Source: Candidatus Thorarchaeota archaeon (GTDB lineage Archaea > Asgardarchaeota > Thorarchaeia > Thorarchaeales > Thorarchaeaceae). From it: a stretch of DNA of 64,000 nt. Under the pieces are notes generated by a model that saw only the letters and a list, made by a program, of their open reading frames with translations, was not told the origin of the DNA and did not search any database. Where the stretch lies: positions 407,623-471,622 of the forward strand of contig DXJO01000010.1 in NCBI GenBank assembly GCA_019057475.1, read 5' to 3'. Each line of letters opens with the position of its first letter. The first letter of the stretch is position 1. Positions 46,902 to 54,715 of this stretch are shown in pieces. A program made the position numbers and the translations under genes.

Positions 46902-49844
46902 ATGACCGCAAGCGACGCCATCCCGAGCAGTTTTGATGACCCTCAGAGGTTTCACTCAATGCCCATTGAGGAGGTTTTTGAATCTCTCTCAGTTGCGCCT
47001 GAGAAGGGCCTTGCGAATGATCAGATCAAGACGCGTCGAGATAGATACGGTCGCAACGCCATTCAGAAAATCAAGGGTTCCTTTTGGCAAGTCTATCTTG
47101 CTCCCATCTTCAATTGGTTAATCACCATCTACCTCTTGAGTTCATTTGCTCTAGTCGCGCTGGCTCTAATGTTCCCAGGACCAGGGAATCAGATGGGACA
47201 GGCGATAATGTGGCTCGGCATAGTCAGTGTTAATTGCGTTGTCGCAATATTCCAGCAGTTTCGCGCTCAGAAAAAGCTCGAATCGCTGGAGCGACTATCT
47301 GCTGGGGAGGCTCGAGTTATTCGAAATGGTTCCGAGCTAAGTATCGACCCGACAGAATTAGTTCCCGGAGACGTATACATCTTGGAACAGGGCGATAGAA
47401 TTCCTGCGGACGGTAGACTGATTTCGTCTGCAAACCTTACAGCAAACGAAGCGTCACTCACTGGTGAGAGCGTTCCTGCAGACAAGGATGCTCGCTTGGC
47501 GGTAAGAGATGATGTTCCACTGACCGATATGCGAAATATGGTCTTCCTCGGTACGTATGTTTCGACAGGGACTGCCACAGTAGTAACTACGACGACCGGA
47601 GTGCTCACAGAGATTGGGAAGATTCAGAGTGAACTACAAGTTCTAAACACTGGGGATATCCCATTGCGCAAGAAAGTGAACCTTCTTGCAAAGTACTTGG
47701 GGATTGCAGCCATCTTTCTCATGGCAATCTCTGTATCTTGGCTGGCAATTATCAGTCCGCTCATGAGAGGTGAACCGATTATTCAAGACATTGGCGCCAT
47801 CGCAGACGTCCTCAGCGACGGAATTACCAAAGCAATGACGATAATGCCAATTAACATCCCGCTTCTGACGACAATAGTTCTTCTCACCGGCGTCTTGGCA
47901 ATGGCGAAGAAAGGGGTGATAATCAGAGACCTCTCAGCAGTCGAGAGCCTGGGACGGGTCAGCATTATCTGCTCAGATAAGACTGGCACCATGACTCGTA
48001 ATGAGATGACAGTGACATACATTTGGGAGACGAAAAACCTCTATACAGTCACTGGGGATGGATACTATCCAGAAGGTGCCATCTATCGCGTACCGGAATC
48101 AATCGACATTGATGCCACGAATGAGGGTGCGGGCAAACATGTCAAAGATGTTTCCCGCAACAAAGGCCTGACACGCCTGATTGTCTGTGGGGGGATAAAC
48201 AACGATTCAGAGATTATTGAGAAAAAGATTGCAGGTCAAGGAATCACCTGGACCCCTTTAGGAGATCCAACGGATGCTGCGTTGTTGACCCTATTCAGGA
48301 AGAGCGGGCTTGATGAGGCGAAGGTTAGAAAGGATTACGAGGTTATAACGGAGTTTCCCTTCGAATCAGAGCTTAAGCGAATGTCAAAAGTCTGCAAGAA
48401 TGGTAACAAGTTCATCGTCTTCGCTAAGGGTGCAACGGAGGTCCTGCTTTCCAAGTGTACCATGGTCAATAGTGATACTGACGCAGCTAGGCTTACCAAA
48501 GCGAAGGCCTCGAAGATACAGGCGATGACTGACAAGTTCGCTTCGGAGGGATATCGCGTTATCTCTTTAGCGTACAAGAACATGAACTCCTTGCCTACTA
48601 CTGAGAACGCAAGAGATCTGGTTGAGAGCGACCTCATCTATCTGGGCTTTACAAGCATTGTTGATCCGCCCAGAACTGGCGTGAAGGAATCTGTGAATGC
48701 GTGTCATAGTGCAGGAATAAACGTGGTCATGATTACAGGCGATGCTGCTGCCACAGCGAAGACTATTGCTGAGAACTTGAATGTCTTCGATTCAAACTCC
48801 CTTGTCGTCGAGGGCTATGAGATTGAGGATCTCAATAAAAAGGACTTTGCAAAGGTCAATGTGTTTGCAAGAGTCAATCCTGAACACAAGCAGGTCATTG
48901 TTGAGAGGTATCAGGACCAGGACAAAGTAGTAGCTATGACTGGCGACGGCGTTAACGACGCACTGGCATTAGCCATGAGCGATACGGGAATTGCCATGGG
49001 AATCACCGGGACCGATGTAGCAAAAGAAGCGGCCGATATGGTGATTACCGACGACAGCTTCGCATCCATTGTTACGGGCGTCCATGAAGGCCGAGGCCTC
49101 TTCAACAAGATACGAACCATGGTCTACTTCTATGTCACCATCAACCTTTTTGAGAGCATCGTATTCTTTGGAGCACTCTTCCTCCTCCCTTCGATTCTTC
49201 CTCCAGCCATCGAGTTTCTTTCACAGTGGCAAAGCATGTATCTCGTGGTTACCACTCATTCGTTTCCAGGCTTAGCTCTTGTGTTTGACAAGATATCGCC
49301 CCGCGCCATGGAGGATAAGCCGCGAGACAGCGAGGAGATTATCACAATACCCATCGCGAAGTACATGGCCATCAATGTGTTGTTGATGGCTATTGGCGCC
49401 GCAGGAATCTACGTCCTGACTCTCACGGGCTGGCTCGGTATTATTCAAGTCTACCCTGAGAATATCGGGGGTGTCTACGCAGATCTCATGATTGGTCTGA
49501 ATGCTGCTCCGATGAAAGCCACAATCATGATGCTGACGGTTATTCTATTTGTTGAGAGCATCATGGTTCTGAGCATTCGAAGAATAAACATGCCGTTAAC
49601 CAAGAGTCTCCGAGAGCCCGGCACGATCAGGTACGTGCCTCTACTAGGTCTAATCTATCTAGCTCACTATCTCTTGATGTATTGGCCGCTTGCACAAGAG
49701 CTTCTTTCGGAATACGGGCTGGACTTCTTCTTCATACCCCTCACAGGCTATGATTGGCTGCTCTGCGCGCTATTCGCAGCGCCTGCGATTATTGGCATGG
49801 AACTGTACAAATGGCACCTAAGGTCTCAGAGCAAGGAACTGTGA
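46902..49844 (+). CDS. P-type ATPase, P2-like scaffold with atypical membrane ion site
   Basis: PADGR, LTGES, CSDKTGT, KGATE, DPPR, MITGD and TGDGVND motifs; about 10 TMs. Confidence 0.93.
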   Translation: MTASDAIPSSFDDPQRFHSMPIEEVFESLSVAPEKGLANDQIKTRRDRYGRNAIQKIKGSFWQVYLAPIFNWLITIYLLSSFALVALALMFPGPGNQMGQAIMWLGIVSVNCVVAIFQQFRAQKKLESLERLSAGEARVIRNGSELSIDPTELVPGDVYILEQGDRIPADGRLISSANLTANEASLTGESVPADKDARLAVRDDVPLTDMRNMVFLGTYVSTGTATVVTTTTGVLTEIGKIQSELQVLNTGDIPLRKKVNLLAKYLGIAAIFLMAISVSWLAIISPLMRGEPIIQDIGAIADVLSDGITKAMTIMPINIPLLTTIVLLTGVLAMAKKGVIIRDLSAVESLGRVSIICSDKTGTMTRNEMTVTYIWETKNLYTVTGDGYYPEGAIYRVPESIDIDATNEGAGKHVKDVSRNKGLTRLIVCGGINNDSEIIEKKIAGQGITWTPLGDPTDAALLTLFRKSGLDEAKVRKDYEVITEFPFESELKRMSKVCKNGNKFIVFAKGATEVLLSKCTMVNSDTDAARLTKAKASKIQAMTDKFASEGYRVISLAYKNMNSLPTTENARDLVESDLIYLGFTSIVDPPRTGVKESVNACHSAGINVVMITGDAAATAKTIAENLNVFDSNSLVVEGYEIEDLNKKDFAKVNVFARVNPEHKQVIVERYQDQDKVVAMTGDGVNDALALAMSDTGIAMGITGTDVAKEAADMVITDDSFASIVTGVHEGRGLFNKIRTMVYFYVTINLFESIVFFGALFLLPSILPPAIEFLSQWQSMYLVVTTHSFPGLALVFDKISPRAMEDKPRDSEEIITIPIAKYMAINVLLMAIGAAGIYVLTLTGWLGIIQVYPENIGGVYADLMIGLNAAPMKATIMMLTVILFVESIMVLSIRRINMPLTKSLREPGTIRYVPLLGLIYLAHYLLMYWPLAQELLSEYGLDFFFIPLTGYDWLLCALFAAPAIIGMELYKWHLRSQSKEL

Positions 49845-49937
49845 GAAAAGCCGAAGAACTTGGAACTCCCATGCATGTATATGGTGGGATATGTTTTCCG
49901 AAGGAACTCTATAAATACATGAATATCTCCCGAAACG

Positions 49938-50804
49938 GTGGCGAATATTTTGGCACGAAAGACCACTTACTCACTCAAGAAGATGAAGCGCAAGGGCAAG
50001 AAGATTGTTATGCTCACGGCTTACGATGCTCCGTCAGCCAGCATTCTCAGCGAGTGCGGCGTGGACATGATCCTCGTGGGTGACTCGGTCGGCAATAGTC
50101 TGCTTGGATATGAAAGCACGATTCCAGTCACGCTCTCAGACATCATCCATCATTGCGCCGCGGTTGCTCGCGCTAAACCCAAGAGTCTGATTGTTGGTGA
50201 CATGCCATTCATGTCCTACAAGGTCAGCATCCCTCAAGCGCTCAAGAACTGCAGCCGCATGCTGCAAGAAGGCGGAGCTGAGGCAGTCAAGATTGAGGGC
50301 GGTGGCAATGTGGTGGACATTGTTGAAGCTCTTGTTGATGCAGGAATCCCCGTGATGGGGCACATAGGGCTCACACCTCAGTCAATATTCGAGCTAGGTG
50401 GATATCGTGTCCAGGGTAGAACTGCTGATCAAGCTGAGGTTCTAGTTGAACAGGCTCTGCGTCTTGAGAAGGCCGGGGTATTCTCTCTCGTCATCGAACT
50501 AGTGCCGTCAGAAACTGCAAAAATAATCACTGAGGCCGTTGAGATACCCACAATTGGCATCGGGGCTGGGCCTTACTGCGATGGACAAGTACTGGTACTA
50601 TGGGATATGCTCGGTTTGTTCGAGGACTTCAAGCCCAAGTTCGTGAAAAAATACGCCAATATTAGGCAAGTCATAACAGATGCAGTTCAAGAATATACAA
50701 AAGACGTGAGGGAAGGCAACTTCCCAACACCGGAACACAGTTTCGAGATGACCGAGGAGGAGTCCGGTCGTCTTTACGGACGCAACAAGCCTGCTGACTC
50801 CTGA
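49938..50804 (+). CDS. panB: 3-methyl-2-oxobutanoate hydroxymethyltransferase
   Basis: LTAYD, LVGDS, DMPFMSY, VKIEGG, GHIGLTPQ and IGIGAG.CDGQVLV motifs. Confidence 0.96.
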   Translation: MANILARKTTYSLKKMKRKGKKIVMLTAYDAPSASILSECGVDMILVGDSVGNSLLGYESTIPVTLSDIIHHCAAVARAKPKSLIVGDMPFMSYKVSIPQALKNCSRMLQEGGAEAVKIEGGGNVVDIVEALVDAGIPVMGHIGLTPQSIFELGGYRVQGRTADQAEVLVEQALRLEKAGVFSLVIELVPSETAKIITEAVEIPTIGIGAGPYCDGQVLVLWDMLGLFEDFKPKFVKKYANIRQVITDAVQEYTKDVREGNFPTPEHSFEMTEEESGRLYGRNKPADS

Positions 50805-50823
50805 CTCCCTCCAATCTCAAGGT

Positions 50824-51033
50824 CTACTCTTTCGTTTCTACTACTTTGTTTAGAGCTACAACGAAGTCATCTACAGAAATCCCGTGGGCTGCAGCACCCT
50901 GCTCGAGGGTTTCATACCTAGCTACAGCACAGCCATAGCAGTGTAGGCCCCACTCCATGAAGGTACCAGCTGTTTCTGGATACTTCGCGACAATCTCGCC
51001 AATGCTCATCTCTTTTGTAACAGTGTCACTCAT
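50824..51033 (-). CDS. DUF1858 / hybrid-cluster-associated redox disulfide domain protein
   Basis: M.IGEIV..YP....F...GLHCYGC....ETLEQGA..HG pattern. Confidence 0.85.
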   Translation of the reverse strand: MSDTVTKEMSIGEIVAKYPETAGTFMEWGLHCYGCAVARYETLEQGAAAHGISVDDFVVALNKVVETKE

Positions 51034-51093
51034 TGTTCTAACCTCTTGAGGTTAACTATATTGAAGCGTAGCAACTTCTTCTCTTTTATAGCT

Positions 51094-52071
51094 TTAGGTA
51101 AGTGCGCCTTGGCCAAAGATGTAAAGATTGCCCACGCTCCCTTGCACGTAAGAGTCGGGAAACGCTCGAGCCATGGCATGCTGTGCCTTCCAACCGGTGC
51201 AGTGTGTGGGAACAAGCATCGATAAGTCAAACGGTTTCAGGTCGTTAATGGTCGGGAGAATTTTGGGCTCATTTTTCTTGCCTATGAGGTGAAGACCTCC
51301 AACCACACCATGCACTCGGGTTTCGCCCGTCAGACGGACTGTCTCCTTGAGTATGTTGATGAGTCCTGCATGACTACAGCCGGACATCACGACCAGCCCT
51401 TTCTTTTTCACATTGGCAATCAGGCACCGATCATCTATGATGGCTTCATCGTTCTGCCACTCACCATCAATGAATGCTCTGTGTCCAGGCATGCCCTTCT
51501 CATATTCAGTAATTCTGGGTATCTCACCGCTCAACAGCAGGGTGTTCTCGGCAATCCCTACTGGGCCAGTTCCCAGTATTGGTCTGCCTCCGGCGCTCTT
51601 AATCTCGTCGATAGATGGAATCGGATCCAAGTCCCTGAACTGCTCTCCCTGTGGTGTTGACCAAACGACCCTTCTAGGGTAGAACATCCGCGGGTGGATA
51701 TAGACAGGGAAGCCTTTCCTGTTTGTGTCTGAAATGGCCTGGATCAGACCGCCCGTGTGATCCCAGTGTCCGTGAGACAGGACCACTCCTTCGATTTCCT
51801 TTAAGTCTAGATTCATTGCGCTCAAATTGTGGGAAAGGAGTTTTCCGGAGGCACCAGTATCATACAGGACTTCGTGCTTGACAGCATCAATGTAGGTTCT
51901 GATAAGCAAACTCAGCCCGTGGCCAGCCATGACCATGTGCGATAGATCAGATTCGCTTGCCCACTGACGGGGGTTCATCACATCATTGCGGGAATCGCTT
52001 GAAGAGAAGTCAATTGTATTGTCCACTAGCACAATGACCTCAAGGCGGTCCACTGGTTGAAGCCCGGTCAA
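51094..52071 (-). CDS. MBL-fold metallohydrolase (MJ0301/DHPS-like subgroup)
   Basis: HGLS, YDTG, LSHGHWDHTGG, SGCSHAG, GGLHL and PTHCTG motifs. Confidence 0.85.
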   Translation of the reverse strand: MTGLQPVDRLEVIVLVDNTIDFSSSDSRNDVMNPRQWASESDLSHMVMAGHGLSLLIRTYIDAVKHEVLYDTGASGKLLSHNLSAMNLDLKEIEGVVLSHGHWDHTGGLIQAISDTNRKGFPVYIHPRMFYPRRVVWSTPQGEQFRDLDPIPSIDEIKSAGGRPILGTGPVGIAENTLLLSGEIPRITEYEKGMPGHRAFIDGEWQNDEAIIDDRCLIANVKKKGLVVMSGCSHAGLINILKETVRLTGETRVHGVVGGLHLIGKKNEPKILPTINDLKPFDLSMLVPTHCTGWKAQHAMARAFPDSYVQGSVGNLYIFGQGALT

Positions 52072-52093
52072 CCGAAAGTCTCCAGTGAAGGAG

Positions 52094-52516
52094 TCACAGA
52101 ACCATGTTGTCCAGGCCCATTTCCTTCAATACTTCAGGGTAAATCTGGAAGAGTGGCTTAATCTTGGAAAGGAGCCCCAGAGCCTTGGCGACAGAGCCCT
52201 TCATTTTGGTCTGACCTTTCGCCATGGCAACAGTTGTGTTCAGCTTGCCTTGCCAGAACTTGTTGGTCGTTTCAGAGGTGCTCCACACAGATATCTCAGG
52301 CTCAACGTCTGAGTCAAAGGACATTGTGCCTATCTCGCCTGCGGGACCAGGGTCTCTGAAATTCATGGTCACATGAAGTTCCGGTTGTTCTATGTCAAAC
52401 CTGACAACAACCTGCGATTTGGCGAGCTTTCTCATAACCTCTTCATCTTGCTTTGCAAGCACCCAAAATTTCTCGAATACTTCTTGAAGTTGTTCACTAC
52501 TTTCATAGAATGGCAT
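52094..52516 (-). CDS. SCP2 sterol/lipid-binding domain protein
   Basis: FWQGKLN...AMAKGQ.KMKGS...AL.L SCP2 signature; ATG 52516 preferred over 52579. Confidence 0.8.
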   Translation of the reverse strand: MPFYESSEQLQEVFEKFWVLAKQDEEVMRKLAKSQVVVRFDIEQPELHVTMNFRDPGPAGEIGTMSFDSDVEPEISVWSTSETTNKFWQGKLNTTVAMAKGQTKMKGSVAKALGLLSKIKPLFQIYPEVLKEMGLDNMVL

Positions 52517-52579
52517 TATATCGCACTCCGTTAGCTGCTGGAACCTATATCTGGATGAGATAGAAGTCTTTTGGGTCAT

Positions 52580-53881
52580 CTAGCTAGCCAAGAGGTAACG
52601 CTCCATTTCCCAGCTTGTGATATGACTTGGTCCGGGATCGCCCGTAGCATCCACGTACTCTGACCATTCCTTGGTTCTAATGTCCACAATCATGTCCACT
52701 ACACGGTCTCCCAGGGCATGCCTGAGTGTTGAGTCCCTGTTCAGTTCCTCTATTGCATGAATGAGGGACACTGGTAGACTTGCCACGTCGGTTTCAGATT
52801 CGAAGAGGTTCTTATCAGTCGGGCTCGGTGGTTCCAGGGATCTTCTTACGCCATCTAGTCCAGCGGCCAGGATAGCTGCTATGGCTAAGTGAGGGTTGCA
52901 GGACGGATCAGGACATCGAAACTCGATTCGGGCTTTCATGTTGGATCCGTTGAACTGTGGCACTCTAATCATGGTGCTTCTGTTTCGTGGGCCCCAAGCG
53001 ATTCGTGTTGGGGCCTCGAAGCCGGGAGTGAGTCTCTTGTATGAGTTGATCGTGGGCGCAACAATTGCAGCAAGAGCTCCTGCGTGAGTGAGAAGACCTG
53101 CGACGTAGTGTCCTGCCATGTCTGAGAGTGCGCCCGCGGTGTCCGTTGCAAAGAGGTTCTTGTCGACGTTAATATCCCAGAGGCTCTGGTGTAGGTGCAT
53201 GCCACTTCCGTTGCATCCTACGAAGGGCTTTGGCATGAATGTGGCAATCATTCCCTCTTGATGGGCGAGCTCAGCGATGGCCAACTTGGACAGCATCACG
53301 GAATCCGGAATCTCCACAGCGGATCCGTGCCTCAGGCAAATTTCATTCTGTCCTTGAGCAGTTTCATGATGATGTGCCGTAGTGGCTATGCCCATCAGTC
53401 TCAATGTTTTCACAACTCGTCTTCTAAAGCCAAGTCCACCATCAGATGGAAGGACATCGAAATAGCCGCCTCGATCTATGGGTGAAATTCCACTTGCTGC
53501 CTCCCTTGTGACCAAGAAAAATTCCAGTTCGCTCCCGACCTCCAAATGGTATCCCTCATCTGACGCTTCACCCAGAACTCTTCGCAGAATGAGTCTTGGA
53601 TCAGAAGGGTGCGGCTCACCAGAGACCTCGTGAACCGCACATAGCAAAACAGCCACACTGGGGTCCCAGGGCTGCACGAGTGGGAGAGAAGAGGTTGGCT
53701 TAAGCAGCAAGTCGCTTGAATTTACGACCGCGTACCCGGGGACTGAGGAGCCATCGAAGTAGTAACCATTACTAGCCACTTCCCTGAAGCTATCGTAATC
53801 TATCTCAATGCTCTTCGTTGTACCTAGGCTCGTGGTGAATACGAGTCGTAGGAAATCGGGTCCCTGATGTGTATCGTACAT
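52580..53881 (-). CDS. glnA: Glutamine synthetase, type I
   Basis: FDGSS, ELEFFL, HHE...GQNEI, FMPKP...NGSGMH, NSYKRL.PGFEAP, NRS and RIEFRCPD motifs. Confidence 0.9.
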   Translation of the reverse strand: MYDTHQGPDFLRLVFTTSLGTTKSIEIDYDSFREVASNGYYFDGSSVPGYAVVNSSDLLLKPTSSLPLVQPWDPSVAVLLCAVHEVSGEPHPSDPRLILRRVLGEASDEGYHLEVGSELEFFLVTREAASGISPIDRGGYFDVLPSDGGLGFRRRVVKTLRLMGIATTAHHHETAQGQNEICLRHGSAVEIPDSVMLSKLAIAELAHQEGMIATFMPKPFVGCNGSGMHLHQSLWDINVDKNLFATDTAGALSDMAGHYVAGLLTHAGALAAIVAPTINSYKRLTPGFEAPTRIAWGPRNRSTMIRVPQFNGSNMKARIEFRCPDPSCNPHLAIAAILAAGLDGVRRSLEPPSPTDKNLFESETDVASLPVSLIHAIEELNRDSTLRHALGDRVVDMIVDIRTKEWSEYVDATGDPGPSHITSWEMERYLLAS

Positions 53882-53925
53882 GGCATACTTGCTCCATGGA
53901 AGTTGTTGCGTACCGATGGGTAGTA

Positions 53926-54029
53926 GAAACAGAGGTGCACCAATCCCTTGGTAACAGCCCTTTCAGGGCGTGGCGCACTGAGCATTGCTCGCTTTCCTAT
54001 TCATGTATGACTAGTGCTTTCTCTGTTTC
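53926..54029 (-). ncRNA. Candidate structured cis-regulatory leader RNA of glnA
   Basis: 18-bp closing helix in two stems enclosing two inner hairpins. G-U pairs form only on the minus strand, and the 5' end lies 24 nt from a TATA box. Confidence 0.55.
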
Positions 54030-54052
54030 ACGATGAATGGCGCTTCAAATGG

Positions 54053-54089
54053 GTATAAAATTTTCCTGTGAAAAACAGAACATTTTTCA
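54053..54089. promoter_or_regulatory. Divergent BRE/TATA promoter and palindromic operator between glnA and the Lrp gene
   Basis: Minus strand AGGAAAA-TTTTATAC (54067-54053); palindrome TGAAAAA-N7-TTTTTCA at 54069-54089. Confidence 0.6.
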
Positions 54090-54112
54090 GTTTCATTCTA
54101 CGTAAGTACCCC

Positions 54113-54607
54113 ATGGCCGGAAATTTTTCGAAAGAGCTTGACACGACTGACATGAAAATCCTAGAGCTTCTCCAAGGGAATTGCAAGATGAGCATTTCCA
54201 AGATTGCTAAGAAGGTCGGCAGGGGCATCTCTGCTGTTCACAGCAGGATCAAAGCCCTGGAGAGTGCGGGAGTAATCAAGCAATACACTGCGGTACTCGA
54301 TCCAGTCAAGATGGGACGCTCTGTTCTTGCTATCATCCTCATAACAATACGATACCGCATCCCAGGTAAAGAAGAAGTTCTTTCTCAGCGAGAGTTCTGT
54401 CGGGAGATTGCGCATCACCCCCTGGTTCAAGATGTGCACGTATTGAGTGGAGAGTTCGATGTACTGCTCAAAGTACGGGCACGCTCAATCGATGAGATGA
54501 ATGGGTTCATTGTCGACTTCTTGAGAGGAATACCTGCAGTTGATAAGACGCTCACTATGTTCGCAATGGACTCCTATCTTGAAACGCTGGAATTTAGGAA
54601 CCTCTAG
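54113..54607 (+). CDS. Lrp/AsnC family transcriptional regulator
   Basis: LDTTDMKILELLQ HTH, RIKALESAGVIKQY and SGEFDVLLKV RAM-domain motif; ATG 54113. Confidence 0.93.
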   Translation: MAGNFSKELDTTDMKILELLQGNCKMSISKIAKKVGRGISAVHSRIKALESAGVIKQYTAVLDPVKMGRSVLAIILITIRYRIPGKEEVLSQREFCREIAHHPLVQDVHVLSGEFDVLLKVRARSIDEMNGFIVDFLRGIPAVDKTLTMFAMDSYLETLEFRNL

Positions 54608-54715
54608 TTTCAGGAGAACAAGAGGGATACCCATGCACCGCACGTACTCTCATATCTGAAACTATAGGCATTCTTCTCGCCTATGAGCCCTTAGAATCGA
54701 TTAAGAGAACATCTC

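Noticed and set aside
53926-54029. Assignment of the glnA leader to the lysine riboswitch (AGAGGTGC on the plus strand) or the cyanobacterial glutamine riboswitch
   Set aside because: The AGAGGTGC match is on the wrong strand and the element is too short, and the other consensus elements are absent; left as an unassigned candidate.
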